This document shows, one piece after another, positions 9,390 through 20,122 of a stretch of DNA of 64,000 nucleotides (its first letter is position 1; the number at the start of each line of letters is the position of its first letter). The stretch spans positions 25,960 to 89,959 of the forward strand of contig DATIWC010000058.1 of assembly GCA_035519515.1 (NCBI GenBank). Reading direction: 5' to 3'. This DNA comes from Usitatibacter sp. (GTDB taxonomy: Bacteria; Pseudomonadota; Gammaproteobacteria; Burkholderiales; Usitatibacteraceae). The notes under the pieces are model-generated. The model was given only the letters and a program-made list of their open reading frames with translations, was not told the origin of the DNA and did not search any database. A program made the translations under genes and the position numbers.

Positions 9390-11708
9390 ATGCACGACCC
9401 ATCGCCGCGCCGCGGCGCGTCCGCATTTTCGCGCCTGCGCTGGGCGATGGCGGCGCTCGCGTGCGCGATGGCGCTGCCGGCGCTCGCGATCGAGCCGTTC
9501 GTGATCCGCGACATCCGCGTGGAAGGCGTGCAGCGCACCGAGGCGGGCACCGTGTTCAGCTACATGCCCCTCAAGGTGGGCGACCGCATCGACGACGAGA
9601 AGGCCGCCGCCGCGGTGAAGGCCCTGTACGCCACCGGCTTCTACCAGGACGTGCGCCTCGAGGCCGACGGCGACGTGCTCATCGTGAGCGTGCAGGAGCG
9701 CCCGCAGATCGCGCAGATCGACATCGAGGGCGCCAAGGAATTCACCAAGGACAACCTGAAGGACGGCCTCAAGCAGGCGGGCATCGCGGAGGCGAAGATC
9801 TACGACAAGTCGCTGCTCGACCGCGCCGAGAAGGAGCTCAAGCGCCAGTACACGAGCCGCGGCTACTACGGCGCGGTGGTGAAGACCACGGTCACGCCGC
9901 TCGAGAGGAACCGCGTGGCGCTGCGCTTCGACATCGAGGAGGGCGCGGTCACCAAGATCGCCGACATCAACATCATCGGCGCCAAGGACTTCACCGAGCG
10001 CGAGCTGCTGCGCCAGATGAAGCTCACCACGCCCGGCTGGTTCACGTGGTTCACCAAGAACGACCAGTACTCCAAGCAGCAGCTCACCGCGGACCTGGAG
10101 AGCCTGCGCTCGTTCTACCTGAACCGCGGCTACCTCGAGTTCAACATCGAGTCCACGCAGGTCTCGATCACGCCCGACCGCGAGAAGATCTACATCACGG
10201 TCTCGATCGCCGAGGGGCCGGTCTACCACATCGGCGCGGTGAAGCTCGCCGGCGACCTCATCGTGCCCGAGCCCGAGCTCGCCGGCCTGCTGCTCGTGAA
10301 GCCCGGCGACACTTTCTCGCGCGAGAAGGTGATCGAGTCCACCAAGAAGATCACCGACCGCCTCGGCAACGAGGGCTACTCGTTCGCCAACGTGAACCCG
10401 GTGCCCGACCTGGACCGCGAGAAGCGCGTCGCGGGCTTCACGTTCTTCGTCGATCCCGGCCGGCGCGTGTACGTCCGGCGGGTGAACATCGCGGGCAACA
10501 CGAAGACCCAGGACGAGGTGATCCGCCGCGAGCTGCGGCAGCTGGAAAGCTCCTGGTACTCGCTCGAGAAGATCGCGCGTTCCAAGGAGCGCCTGCAGCG
10601 CACCGGCTACTTCCAGGACGTGAACATCGAGACGCCCGCGGTGCCCGGCGTGACCGACCAGGTGGACGTGAACGTCACCGTCACCGAGCGCAACACGGGC
10701 ACCCTCAACTTCGGCATCGGCTACTCCGCGGCCGAGAAGCTCACGCTGCAGGCTTCGGTCTCGCAGGCCAACATCCTGGGCACCGGCAACCAGGTGGCGG
10801 TGCAGGTGAACAGCGGCTCGGTGGACAAGGTCTACTCGCTGTCGTACCAGAACCCGTACTGGACCGTGGACGGCGTCTCGCGCGGCTTCGACCTCTTCCA
10901 GCGCAACGTGGACACGTCGAGCCTCGTGGTGGCGTCCTACCACACGTACTCGACGGGCGCCGGCGTGCGCTTCGGCATCCCGGTGAGCGAGCTGAACGCC
11001 GTGAACGTGGGCTTCACGGCCGAGCGCACGCGCCTCACGGTGGACCCGAGCGCGCCGCCGCGCTACATCCAGTTCGTGAACGAGTTCGGCGAGGTCACCA
11101 ACACGTTCCGCACCAACATCTCGTTCGCGCGCGACAGCCGCGACAGCCTCACGTGGCCCACGCGCGGGTGGCTGAACGAGGTGGGCCTCGAGGTGGGCTT
11201 CCCGCCCGGCGACCTCACGTACTACCGCGCCACCTACCAGAGCCAGCTCTTCTACACCCCCGCGCGCCTGGACTGGCTCACCTTCATGCTGAACGGCGAG
11301 ATCGGCTACGCGGATGGCTATCGCGGCAAGCCCCTGCCCTTCTTCAAGAACTTCTACGCGGGCGGCGTGGGCTCGGTGCGCGGCTTCGAGACGGCGAGCC
11401 TTGGCCCCCGCGACCTGAACGGGGACGTCCTCGGCGGCAACTACCGGGTGATCGGCAACTTCGAGATGCTCTTCCCGCTGCCCGGCTACAAGGAGAAGAA
11501 CGTGCGCCTGGCGACCTTCATCGACGGCGGCAACGTCTGGGGGTCCGACGACCGGGTGAGCGGGGCCGACGTGCGCATGTCGGCCGGTATCGCGGTAAGC
11601 TGGGACTCGCCCGTGGGGCCGCTGCGCTTCTCCTTCGCCACGCCGATCAAGGACAAGCCGGGCGACCACATCGAACGCTTCCAGTTCCAGCTGGGCCGGG
11701 TCTTCTAG
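9390..11708 (+). CDS. bamA: Outer membrane protein assembly factor BamA
   Basis: 772 aa. Signal peptide, POTRA repeats starting IRDIRVEGVQRTE, Omp85 barrel ending FQFQLGRVF. Confidence 0.95.
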   Translation: MHDPSPRRGASAFSRLRWAMAALACAMALPALAIEPFVIRDIRVEGVQRTEAGTVFSYMPLKVGDRIDDEKAAAAVKALYATGFYQDVRLEADGDVLIVSVQERPQIAQIDIEGAKEFTKDNLKDGLKQAGIAEAKIYDKSLLDRAEKELKRQYTSRGYYGAVVKTTVTPLERNRVALRFDIEEGAVTKIADINIIGAKDFTERELLRQMKLTTPGWFTWFTKNDQYSKQQLTADLESLRSFYLNRGYLEFNIESTQVSITPDREKIYITVSIAEGPVYHIGAVKLAGDLIVPEPELAGLLLVKPGDTFSREKVIESTKKITDRLGNEGYSFANVNPVPDLDREKRVAGFTFFVDPGRRVYVRRVNIAGNTKTQDEVIRRELRQLESSWYSLEKIARSKERLQRTGYFQDVNIETPAVPGVTDQVDVNVTVTERNTGTLNFGIGYSAAEKLTLQASVSQANILGTGNQVAVQVNSGSVDKVYSLSYQNPYWTVDGVSRGFDLFQRNVDTSSLVVASYHTYSTGAGVRFGIPVSELNAVNVGFTAERTRLTVDPSAPPRYIQFVNEFGEVTNTFRTNISFARDSRDSLTWPTRGWLNEVGLEVGFPPGDLTYYRATYQSQLFYTPARLDWLTFMLNGEIGYADGYRGKPLPFFKNFYAGGVGSVRGFETASLGPRDLNGDVLGGNYRVIGNFEMLFPLPGYKEKNVRLATFIDGGNVWGSDDRVSGADVRMSAGIAVSWDSPVGPLRFSFATPIKDKPGDHIERFQFQLGRVF

Positions 11709-11718
11709 GGGACGGTTT

Positions 11719-12204
11719 ATGAAATGGTTGGCTGTCGTATTGTTGGGAATCGCGCTGCCGGCGGGGGCCGTGGAGCTCAAGATCGGCTTCGTGAACACCG
11801 AGCGCGTCTTCCGCGAGGCCGCGCCCGCCAAGCGCGCGCAGCAGAAGCTCGAGAAGGAGTTCGCCGCCCGCAACGCCGAGCTCGCGAAGATGGAGAAGCA
11901 GGGCCGCGACATGCAGGCCGACCTCGAGCGCGACAACGTCACCCTGACCGAGCCCCAGCGCCGCGAGAAGGAGCGCCAGCTCGCCGACATCAGCCGCAAC
12001 TTCCAGCGCATGCAGCGCGAGATCCGCGAGGACCTCAACCTGCGCCGCAACGAGGAGCTGGCGAGCGTCCAGGAGCGCGCCACCCGCGTGATCAACCAGA
12101 TCGCCGAGCAGGAAAAGTTCGACCTGATCCTCCAGGAAGCGGTGTTCGCGAGCGGGCGCATCGACATCACCGACAAGGTCATCAAGGCGCTCTCGGACAA
12201 GTGA
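11719..12204 (+). CDS. skp: Periplasmic chaperone Skp (OmpH family)
   Basis: 161 aa. Signal peptide followed by a K/E/Q/R-rich coiled-coil region. Canonical position between bamA and lpxD. Confidence 0.88.
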   Translation: MKWLAVVLLGIALPAGAVELKIGFVNTERVFREAAPAKRAQQKLEKEFAARNAELAKMEKQGRDMQADLERDNVTLTEPQRREKERQLADISRNFQRMQREIREDLNLRRNEELASVQERATRVINQIAEQEKFDLILQEAVFASGRIDITDKVIKALSDK

Positions 12205-12210
12205 GCGACC

Positions 12211-13245
12211 TTGGCCGCCACCCTCACCCTGCGCCAGATCGTCGAACGCCTCGGTGGTGAGGCGGTGGGGGAGGTGGGCGCGCCGCTCACCGGCGTGGCC
12301 ACCCTCGATTCGGCCGGCCCCGGCGAGATCGCCTTCCTCGCCAACCCGAAATACCGCTCCAAGCTCGCCACGACCCGCGCGGGCGCCGTGATCGTGGGCC
12401 CGGGCGACCGCGACGCGGCCGCGTTGCCGCGCATCGTTTCCGACAACCCCTACGCGTACTACGCGCGCACCGTCGCGCTCTTCCACCCGCCCGAGCCCGT
12501 GCGGCCGGGCATCCATCCGTTCGCGCAGGTCGACGCGCAGGCGAACGTGGATGCCGGCGCGCAGGTCGACGCCTTCGCCGTGGTGGGCCCGGGCTCGTCC
12601 ATCGGGCCCGGCGCGCGCATCGGCTCGCACTGCGTGCTCGGCCGCGGCGTGTCGGTCGGCGCGGGCGCCACGCTCCACCCGCGCGTCACCGTCTACGACG
12701 GCTGCACGCTGGGCGCGCGCGTGATCGTGCATTCCGGCGCCGTGATCGGCGCCGACGGCTTCGGCATGGCGCGCGACGCGGGGGCCTGGGTGAAGATCCC
12801 GCAGGTGGGCGCCGTGAGCATCGGCGACGACGTGGAGATCGGCGCCAACACCACCATCGACCGCGGCGCGCTCGACGACACCGTGATCGAGGAGGGCGCC
12901 AAGCTCGACAACCTGATCCAGGTCGCGCACAACTGCGTGATCGGCGCGCACACCGTGATCGCCGGCTGCACGGGCATCTCGGGCAGCGTCACCGTCGGCC
13001 GCCACTGCATGATCGGCGGCGGCGTGGGCCTGGTGGGCCACATCTCGATCTGCGACCACGTCACCATCTCGGGCTTCACGCTCATCACCAAGTCCATCAC
13101 CGAGCCGGGCACCTACACCTCCGGCTTGCCCTTCATGCCGCACGCCGAATGGCTGCGCAACGCCGTGCACTTGCGGCGCCTCGACGAGCTGGCGCGCGCC
13201 GTGCGCGCGACGGCGGGAGACGAACGTGAGCGAAATGACGATTGA
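12211..13245 (+). CDS. lpxD: UDP-3-O-(3-hydroxyacyl)glucosamine N-acyltransferase
   Basis: 344 aa. N-terminus [10 protein letters not shown], then extended left-handed beta-helix hexapeptide repeats. Synteny supports the call. Confidence 0.92.
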   Translation: MAATLTLRQIVERLGGEAVGEVGAPLTGVATLDSAGPGEIAFLANPKYRSKLATTRAGAVIVGPGDRDAAALPRIVSDNPYAYYARTVALFHPPEPVRPGIHPFAQVDAQANVDAGAQVDAFAVVGPGSSIGPGARIGSHCVLGRGVSVGAGATLHPRVTVYDGCTLGARVIVHSGAVIGADGFGMARDAGAWVKIPQVGAVSIGDDVEIGANTTIDRGALDDTVIEEGAKLDNLIQVAHNCVIGAHTVIAGCTGISGSVTVGRHCMIGGGVGLVGHISICDHVTISGFTLITKSITEPGTYTSGLPFMPHAEWLRNAVHLRRLDELARAVRATAGDERERNDD

Positions 13246-13672
13246 GCAGATCAAGGAGTACCTTCCGCACCGCTACCCCTTCCTGCTCCTCGACCGCGTG
13301 GTCTCCTTCGAGAAGGACAAGCGCCTGGTCGCGATCAAGAACGTGACCGCCAACGAGCCGTTCTTCCCCGGGCACTTCCCCCACTACCACGTGATGCCGG
13401 GGGTGCTCGTCATCGAGGCGATGGCGCAGGCGGCCGCGGTCCTGTCGCTGCGCAGCCTCGGCGTCAAGAACGACGGCAAGTGGGTCTACTACTTCGTGGG
13501 CATCGACGGCGCGCGCTTCAAGCGCCCCGTGGTGCCGGGCGACACCCTCACCATCGAGGTGACCTACGGCCGCGGCCGCTCGAGCATGGCCAAGTACGAG
13601 GGCGTGGCGAAGGTGGGCGGCGCCGTGGCCGCGGAGGCGGAGCTGCTCTGCGCGTTGCGGGAGATCGAGTGA
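13226..13672 (+). CDS. fabZ: 3-hydroxyacyl-ACP dehydratase FabZ
   Basis: [14 protein letters not shown] and FFPGHFP…[13 protein letters not shown] hot-dog motifs. Overlaps the lpxD 3' end. Confidence 0.93.
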   Translation: MSEMTIEQIKEYLPHRYPFLLLDRVVSFEKDKRLVAIKNVTANEPFFPGHFPHYHVMPGVLVIEAMAQAAAVLSLRSLGVKNDGKWVYYFVGIDGARFKRPVVPGDTLTIEVTYGRGRSSMAKYEGVAKVGGAVAAEAELLCALREIE

Positions 13673-14451
13673 CCGCGACGGTCCATCCCACGGCCATCGT
13701 CCACCCGCGCGCGAAGCTCGGCGACGGCGTGACGGTGGGCCCGTACACGGTGATCGACGGCGACGTGGAGGTGGGCGACGGCACGACCATCGGCACCCAC
13801 AACGTGATCACCGGGCACACGGTGATCGGGCGCGCCAACCGCATCTTCCACTTCTGCTCCATCGGCGAGGCCAACCAGGACAAGAAGTACAAGGGCGAGC
13901 CCACGCGCGTGGAGATCGGCGACCGCAACACCATCCGCGAATACACCTCCATCAACCGCGGCACGGTGCAGGACAAGGGCGTGACCCGCGTGGGCGACGA
14001 CAACTGGATCATGGCCTCCTCGCACGTCGCGCACGACTGCCGGGTGGGATCCAACACGGTGCTCGCCAACAACGCGAGCCTCGCGGGCCACGCGGAGGTG
14101 GGCGACTGGGCGGTGATCGGGGGGTTGTCGGGCCTGCACCAGTTCGTGAAGATAGGCCGCCACGTGATGATCGGCGCCGGCATCATCGTCACGCAGGACG
14201 TGCCGCCCTACGTGACCTTCGCGGGCAACCCGCCGCTGCCCTACGGCATCAACACCGAGGGGCTCAAGCGCCGCGGCTTCACGGCCGAATCCATCGCCGC
14301 GCTCAAGCAGGCGTACCGCACGCTCTACAAGTCGGGGCTGTCGCTCGCCGACGCGCGCGCCGAGCTCGAGCGCCAGGCGGCATCCTCGCCCGAGGTGCGC
14401 GTGTTCGCCGACTTCCTCGCCACCTCCACGCGCGGCATCGTGCGGGGATGA
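13669..14451 (+). CDS. lpxA: Acyl-ACP--UDP-N-acetylglucosamine O-acyltransferase
   Basis: 260 aa from GTG 13669 (GTGA overlap with the fabZ stop). Hexapeptide repeats and a C-terminal helical domain (…GLKRRGF…LKQAYRTLY…). Confidence 0.92.
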   Translation: MTATVHPTAIVHPRAKLGDGVTVGPYTVIDGDVEVGDGTTIGTHNVITGHTVIGRANRIFHFCSIGEANQDKKYKGEPTRVEIGDRNTIREYTSINRGTVQDKGVTRVGDDNWIMASSHVAHDCRVGSNTVLANNASLAGHAEVGDWAVIGGLSGLHQFVKIGRHVMIGAGIIVTQDVPPYVTFAGNPPLPYGINTEGLKRRGFTAESIAALKQAYRTLYKSGLSLADARAELERQAASSPEVRVFADFLATSTRGIVRG

Positions 14452-15650
14452 GGGTTGCGATCGTCGCGGGCGAGGCCTCCGGCGACCTGCTGGGAGCGGC
14501 GCTGATCCGGGCGGTGCGCGCGCGCTTTCCCGACGCGCAGTTCTACGGCATCGCCGGGCCGCGCATGCTGGCCGAGGGCGCCGCGACGCTGCATCCCATG
14601 GAGAAGCTCTCCGTGCGGGGCATCGTGGAGGTGGTGAAGCACCTGCGCGAGCTCTGGTCGATCCGCCGCTCGCTCATCCAGCGGTTCATCGCCGACAAGC
14701 CCGACCTCTTCATCGGCATCGACGCGCCCGACTTCAACCTGCCGCTCGAGACGCGCCTGAAGTCGCACGGCATCCGCACCGTCCACTACGTGAGCCCGTC
14801 GATCTGGGCGTGGCGGCCGGAGCGCATCCACGGCATCGCGCGCGCCGTGGACCGCATGCTGGTGCTCTTCCCGTTCGAGGAGCCCCTCTACGAGAAGGCG
14901 GGCATCCCGGTCACCTTCGTGGGCCATCCGCTCGCCGACGCGATGCCGCTCTCGCCCGACCGCGCGGAGGCGCGCGCGCAGCTGCGCCTGCCCGCCTCGT
15001 CCGTGGCCGTGGCGCTGCTGCCCGGCAGCCGCGTGGGGGAGCTCGAGATGCACGCCGACCTCTTCATCCGCACCGCGCAGCAGCTCGCCGCGCAGCGCCC
15101 CGAGGTGCGCTTCTTCGTGCCGCTCGCCACTCGCGAGACGCGCGACTATTTCGAGCAGCGCCAATATGCGCTCGAGGCGCGCGAGCTGCCGATCACCATC
15201 CTCTTCGGGCACGCGCATCTCGCCCTGCACGCGGCCGACGGCGCCCTCGTCGCAAGCGGCACCGCGACGCTCGAGGCCGCGCTCGCCCGCTGCCCGATGG
15301 TGATCACCTACCGCGTGAACCCGCTCACCTACTGGATCGTGAAGCGCAAGGCGCTGCTTCCCTACGCGGGCCTGCCCAACATCCTCGCGGGCGAGTTCAT
15401 CGTCCCCGAGCTGCTGCAGGACGACGCCACGCCGGCCAACCTCGCCCAGGCGCTCGGCAACTGGCTGGACAACAAGGCGGCGCGCGAGCGGCTGCGCCGG
15501 CGCTTCGCGCTGATGCACGAGACGCTTGCGCAGGGCCACGAGGCGCGCGTGGCCGACGCGCTCGCCCCGTACCTCGGTGGCGCGGCGCCGGGCGAGCCGG
15601 CCCCCGGCGGGCTCGCCGCGGGGCGCCTGGCCGCGGCGCGCGCGCGATGA
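14448..15650 (+). CDS. lpxB: Lipid-A-disaccharide synthase
   Basis: N-terminus [17 protein letters not shown], 400 aa. ATGA overlap with the lpxA stop. Confidence 0.92.
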   Translation: MRVAIVAGEASGDLLGAALIRAVRARFPDAQFYGIAGPRMLAEGAATLHPMEKLSVRGIVEVVKHLRELWSIRRSLIQRFIADKPDLFIGIDAPDFNLPLETRLKSHGIRTVHYVSPSIWAWRPERIHGIARAVDRMLVLFPFEEPLYEKAGIPVTFVGHPLADAMPLSPDRAEARAQLRLPASSVAVALLPGSRVGELEMHADLFIRTAQQLAAQRPEVRFFVPLATRETRDYFEQRQYALEARELPITILFGHAHLALHAADGALVASGTATLEAALARCPMVITYRVNPLTYWIVKRKALLPYAGLPNILAGEFIVPELLQDDATPANLAQALGNWLDNKAARERLRRRFALMHETLAQGHEARVADALAPYLGGAAPGEPAPGGLAAGRLAAARAR

Positions 15651-16447
15651 AGGCGGTCACGTCGCGGGAAAACGCGGCGTACAAGGCGGCGGCGAAGCTG
15701 GTGGCGAGCGCCGCCGAGCGCAGGAAGCGCGGGCTCTCGGTGCTGGACGGCACGCACCTGCTCGCCGCGCTCCTCGACTCGGGCCGCGTTCCCGAGGAAC
15801 TGTTCATCGACGCGCGGGGCGCGGCCGACGGCGAGGTGAGGCGGCTCGTCGAGCGCTCGTCTCCCGCGCGGGTGACGCTGCTCGCCGACGCGCTCTTCAA
15901 CGCGATATCGACGGTGGATTCGCCCACGGGCGTGATCTCGCTCGTGCGCACGCCGGGGCCGGCGAAGGCGCCGCCCGATGCGCCGCTCGTCCTGCTGCTC
16001 GACGGCATCCAGGATCCGGGCAACGTCGGCACGCTCCTGCGCAGCGCGGCCGCGGCGGGCGCCACGCATGCGATGCTTTCCCCCGCTTGCGCGTTCGCCT
16101 GGTCGCCCAAGGTGCTGCGCGCGGCGATGGGTGCGCATTTCGCGCTGGGCATCGTGGAGGGAGCGGACCTCGCTGCCTACGTGGGCGCCTATCGCGGCAC
16201 GTCGATCGCGCTCGCCGCGCACGCCAGGGCTTCGCTCTACGACGTCGACCTCACCGGCCCCTGCGCGCTCATCGTGGGCAGCGAAGGCGCCGGCCTCACG
16301 CCCTCGCTCGAAGCCGCGGCGAAGGTGCGCGCGGGCATCCCGATGCCGGGGCGCATGGAGTCGCTCAATGCCGCGACCGCGGGCTCGCTCGCCTTGTTCG
16401 AATGCGTGCGGCAGAGGGCGACGCGGACGAAGGGTGCCGGCCGATGA
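15647..16447 (+). CDS. TrmH/SpoU-family RNA 2'-O-methyltransferase
   Basis: 266 aa from an ATG overlapping the lpxB stop. SPOUT motifs LLLDGIQDPGNVGTLLRSAAAAG, LIVGSEGAGL and IPMPGRMESLNAATAGSLALFE. Confidence 0.85.
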   Translation: MKAVTSRENAAYKAAAKLVASAAERRKRGLSVLDGTHLLAALLDSGRVPEELFIDARGAADGEVRRLVERSSPARVTLLADALFNAISTVDSPTGVISLVRTPGPAKAPPDAPLVLLLDGIQDPGNVGTLLRSAAAAGATHAMLSPACAFAWSPKVLRAAMGAHFALGIVEGADLAAYVGAYRGTSIALAAHARASLYDVDLTGPCALIVGSEGAGLTPSLEAAAKVRAGIPMPGRMESLNAATAGSLALFECVRQRATRTKGAGR

Positions 16448-17148
16448 CCCAGCAACGAAGCTACAAGTACTACGAATTCGTCATGGCGGCGTTCGTGGTG
16501 GTCCTGGTCTGCTCGAACCTGATCGGCCCGGCGAAGATCGCGCAGCTCGAGCTCCCGGTGGTGGGCGTCGTCACGTTCGGCGCGGGCGTGCTCTTCTTCC
16601 CCATCTCGTACGTGTTCGGCGACGTGCTCACCGAGGTGTACGGCTACGCGAGGAGCCGGCGCGTGATATGGGCGGGCTTCGGCGGCCTCGCGTTCGCTTC
16701 GCTCATGTCGTACGTGGTGGTGAGCCTGCCGCCGGCGCCGTTCTGGAGGAACCAGGCCGCCTACGAGATCGCCTTCGGCCTCACGTGGCGCATCTCGGCG
16801 GCGTCCATGATCGCGTACTTCTGCGGCGAGTTCGTGAACTCGTTCGTGCTCGCCAAGATGAAGATCCTCACCTCGGGGCGCTGGCTCTGGACCCGCACCA
16901 TCGGCTCGACGATCTTCGGCGAGGGGGTCGATTCGATGATCTTCTACCCGCTCGCGTTCTACGGCACCGGCATCATCCCGGACGAGCGGCTGCCCTCGGT
17001 GATGCTCGCGCAATTTATCGCGAAGGTCTCGGTGGAGGTGGTCTTCACGCCGGCCACGTACTGGATCGTGGGCGCCTTGAAGCGCAGCGAGCACGAGGAC
17101 TTCTACGACCGGCACACGAAATTCACGCCCTTCACGCTCAAGGTCTGA
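16444..17148 (+). CDS. yhhQ: Queuosine-precursor transporter (YhhQ / DUF165 family)
   Basis: 234 aa polytopic membrane protein with FFPISYVFGDVLTEVYGY and STIFGEGVDSMIFYPLAF blocks. ATGA overlap with the preceding gene. Confidence 0.8.
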   Translation: MTQQRSYKYYEFVMAAFVVVLVCSNLIGPAKIAQLELPVVGVVTFGAGVLFFPISYVFGDVLTEVYGYARSRRVIWAGFGGLAFASLMSYVVVSLPPAPFWRNQAAYEIAFGLTWRISAASMIAYFCGEFVNSFVLAKMKILTSGRWLWTRTIGSTIFGEGVDSMIFYPLAFYGTGIIPDERLPSVMLAQFIAKVSVEVVFTPATYWIVGALKRSEHEDFYDRHTKFTPFTLKV

Positions 17149-17204
17149 AGGCTGGCACGAAGCGTGCGGTAGCATCCGCCAAACGTCCGCGAAGGAGGGA
17201 TCCG

Positions 17205-17795
17205 ATGATCGATCGCCGCGCCCCGCGCGCCATTTTGGTGGGTCTTGCACTCTGGGGGTGCGCCATGCCCGCGCTCGCGCACGTCGGGCATTCCGGCGCC
17301 GCCGGCGCGTGGACCGGGTTCTCGCATCCCTTCTCCGGCCTCGACCACGTGCTCGCCATGGTGGCGGTCGGCGCATGGGCGGCGCAGCTGGGCCGCCGGG
17401 CGCTGGTGATCCTGCCGCTCGCCTTCCCGGCCATGATGGCCCTGGGCGGCCTCGCCGGTTTCGCGGGAGTGCCGCTCGCGTACGCCGAGCCCGGTATCGC
17501 CCTGTCCGTGCTCTTGCTGGGCCTGCTCGTGGCGATCGAGGCGCGCGCCCGCGTCGGGCTCGCCGCGGCACTCGTGGGCGTGTTCGCCGTCTTCCACGGC
17601 CATGTGCATGCCGTCGAGATGCCGGCCGGCGGTGGCGCCATCGCCTACGCTGCGGGATTCCTGCTGGCGACGGTGTCGCTCCACGCGGTGGGCATGGCGA
17701 TCGGCCTCCTGCCGCGCCGTTCACACGTCTTCGTGCGCGCCGCAGGGCTCGCGGCCGCCGGTGCCGGGGTGGCGCTGCTCGCGACAGCCGGCTAG
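17205..17795 (+). CDS. hupE: HupE/UreJ family metal (Ni/Co) transporter
   Basis: 196 aa. Signal peptide, then HVGHSG…GFSHPFSGLDHVLAMV and FHGHVH motifs, with 5-6 TM segments. Confidence 0.8.
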   Translation: MIDRRAPRAILVGLALWGCAMPALAHVGHSGAAGAWTGFSHPFSGLDHVLAMVAVGAWAAQLGRRALVILPLAFPAMMALGGLAGFAGVPLAYAEPGIALSVLLLGLLVAIEARARVGLAAALVGVFAVFHGHVHAVEMPAGGGAIAYAAGFLLATVSLHAVGMAIGLLPRRSHVFVRAAGLAAAGAGVALLATAG

Positions 17796-17867
17796 GCGCG
17801 CGCAATCTATCGCGAAACCCACGGTCCAAGCGGCTCCCGGGAAAGCCTCGAGGCTGCCATTCGCGCG

Positions 17868-20069
17868 TTGCGTTCCCTTGTTGCGCTGATCCTCGCCTGC
17901 GCGGCCGCGGCCAGCCTTGCGCAGCCGCCTGCCGCGCGCCCGCGCATCGGCCTCGTGCTGGGCGGCGGCGGCGCGCGCGGCGGCGCGCACCTGGGGGTGC
18001 TGCAGGTGCTCGAGGATCTGCATGTGCCGGTCGACTGCATCGCGGGCACCAGCATGGGCGCGCTGGCGGGCGGGGCCTATGCCGCGGGCGTCTCGCCCGC
18101 CGAGATCGCGGAAGAGGTCGGCAAGACCGACTGGATCCATATCTTCGACGACACCGCCGGGCGCGAAGGCGAGAACATGCGGCAGAAGAGCCTCGACGAC
18201 CGCTACTACGGCGCGCTCGAGCTGGGCGTCACGGCCAAGGGGTTGCGGTTCCGCGAAGGCGCGCTCGCGGGCGAGAAGCTGAAGCTCTTCTTCAACCAGC
18301 TGGTGCGCTCGGAGCTGGGCGACCGCTCCATCGAGGACCTGGCGCTGCCGCTTTCGATCATCGCGACCGACATCGGCACGGGCGAGCGCGTCGCGATGCG
18401 CCGCGGCAACCTCACCTCGGCGATGCGCGCGAGCATGTCCGTGCCGGGCCTCATGGCCCCGGTGGTGCGCGAGGACCGCAAGCTCGTGGACGGCGGCCTC
18501 ACCGACAACCTGCCCGTGGCCGAGGTGAAGAGCCTGTGCGGCGCCGACGTGGTGATCGCCGTGAACGTGGGCTCGCCGCTGCTCAAGCCCGAGGAGGTCA
18601 CCGGCGTGGTGACGGTGCTGGGGCAGGTGGTGAACCTCCTCACCGAGGAGAACATGCGCAAGTCGCGTGCGATGCTCGGCCCGCGCGACATCTACATCGA
18701 GCCGGACCTCGAGGGCATCAATCCCACGCAGTTCAACCGCCAGCTCGAGGCCGCGGCCCGCGGGCGCGTGGCCGCGCTCGCGGCCTCCGACGAGCTGCGC
18801 CGCTACGCGCTCCCGGAGAACGAGTACGTGGCCTGGCTCGGCAAGCTGCGCCTCGCCACCGTGAGCAACCCGCCCGTGGTCGACGAGATCGAGGTCGCGC
18901 AGACGCGCTTCATGAACCCGGAGACGATCCGCAGCGGCATCTCGCAGGAGGAAGGGCAGCCGCTCGACTCGCAGAAGCTCGCGCGCGACCTCGTGCTCGA
19001 GTACAGCCAGGGCGACCTGCATTCGCTCGACTACAGCGTCGTCAACACGCGCGACAGGACGATCCTGCGCATCACGCCCGTGGAGAAGCCGTGGGGGCCG
19101 GACTACCTGCGCTTCGGCATGGGGCTCACCTCGGACTTCCGTGCCGAGAGCCAGTTCAGCCTGCGCGCGCTCTACCGGCGCACGTGGCTCGACCCGCTCG
19201 GGGCCGAGTGGCTGGTGGGCGGCCAGATCGGGAGCGTGCAGAACATCAACACCGAGGCCTACCAGCCGCTCGACCTGCGCCACGTCACGTTCGTGCGCGC
19301 CGCGGCCGGGGCACAGCTTCGCAAGCTGCCGATCTTCGCCAACCAGGACCGGCTTGCCGTCTATCGCATCCAGGAAAACCGCGCGCTGGTGGAGGCGGGC
19401 GTGAACATCGGCGTGTCGGGGCAGGCAAGCGCCGGTTGGGTGGAGAAGCACCTGGGCTCCGTGCTGGACACCGGGCCCGACGCGCTGCCCAACGCGAGCG
19501 GGCAGGTGGGCGGCCCGCAGGCCACGCTCGCCGTCGATACCTACGACCAGCCGTACTTCCCCACGCGCGGCTACAAGCTCTCGGCGACGTACTTCGACGC
19601 GACGCATGTGTCGGGCGACGCGCCGCAGCTCGCGCCATACGCGCGCGGCGAGGCGCGCTTCGGTGCCGCGTTCAGCCACAACCGATGGACCTACCTGCTG
19701 GGGCTCGAAGGCGGCACCGCGTTCCACGGCACGCTGCCGCTCGCCGACGCCTTCACCCTGGGCGGCCCGCGCCGCATGTCGGGCTTCGCGGTGGACCAGA
19801 TGCTGGGCCAGGACTACGCCTACGGCCGCCTCGAGGCGCAGTACCGCCTCGACTTCGCCTCGCCCCTCTGGGGCCTCACGCTGATCGGCGGGCTCACCGC
19901 GGAGGCCGGCCGGATGAACAAGCTCCTCACCGACGAGAGCCTCGCGGGCTGGCAGCGCTCGCTGGGCGCCTACATCGCGGCGAACACCTTCCTCGGTCCC
20001 GTTTACTTCGGCGTGGCCGACGCGAAGAACGGCAAGGGCCGCTTCTACCTCTTCATCGGCACGCCCTAG
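17868..20069 (+). CDS. Patatin-like phospholipase fused to POTRA + Omp85-type barrel (PlpD-like, type Vd autotransporter), paralogue 1
   Basis: 733 aa. Signal peptide, GGGARG oxyanion motif, GTSMG nucleophile elbow and LVDGG catalytic Asp. A POTRA-like segment (VDEIEVAQTRFMNPETIRS…) is followed by a large beta-rich C-terminal domain. Confidence 0.85.
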   Translation: MRSLVALILACAAAASLAQPPAARPRIGLVLGGGGARGGAHLGVLQVLEDLHVPVDCIAGTSMGALAGGAYAAGVSPAEIAEEVGKTDWIHIFDDTAGREGENMRQKSLDDRYYGALELGVTAKGLRFREGALAGEKLKLFFNQLVRSELGDRSIEDLALPLSIIATDIGTGERVAMRRGNLTSAMRASMSVPGLMAPVVREDRKLVDGGLTDNLPVAEVKSLCGADVVIAVNVGSPLLKPEEVTGVVTVLGQVVNLLTEENMRKSRAMLGPRDIYIEPDLEGINPTQFNRQLEAAARGRVAALAASDELRRYALPENEYVAWLGKLRLATVSNPPVVDEIEVAQTRFMNPETIRSGISQEEGQPLDSQKLARDLVLEYSQGDLHSLDYSVVNTRDRTILRITPVEKPWGPDYLRFGMGLTSDFRAESQFSLRALYRRTWLDPLGAEWLVGGQIGSVQNINTEAYQPLDLRHVTFVRAAAGAQLRKLPIFANQDRLAVYRIQENRALVEAGVNIGVSGQASAGWVEKHLGSVLDTGPDALPNASGQVGGPQATLAVDTYDQPYFPTRGYKLSATYFDATHVSGDAPQLAPYARGEARFGAAFSHNRWTYLLGLEGGTAFHGTLPLADAFTLGGPRRMSGFAVDQMLGQDYAYGRLEAQYRLDFASPLWGLTLIGGLTAEAGRMNKLLTDESLAGWQRSLGAYIAANTFLGPVYFGVADAKNGKGRFYLFIGTP

Positions 20070-20122
20070 GCCTGCACCAAAGGGCCATGTCTCGCGCCTG
20101 CGGGCAGCCCTATCATTTAACA

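Noticed and set aside
9372-12446. 1024-aa minus-strand ORF, with similar giants at 6515..9235, 45219..48050, 51135..53732, 27110..29485 and 61676..63952
   Set aside because: All lie antisense or out of frame to strongly supported genes (bamA/skp/lpxD, dxr/rseP, TonB receptor, acylase, ppsA, protease). They translate to R/A/G/H/D-rich low-complexity sequence. In very GC-rich DNA stop codons are rare in non-coding frames. Only the last ~180 codons of 61676..63952 (NUDIX) are real.
17149-17204. Riboswitch (cobalamin or Ni/Co type) upstream of hupE, or preQ1 upstream of yhhQ
   Set aside because: The hupE spacer is only ~56 nt, too short for a B12 riboswitch, and shows no conserved B12-box-like sequence. 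yhhQ has no upstream spacer at all because of its ATGA overlap.
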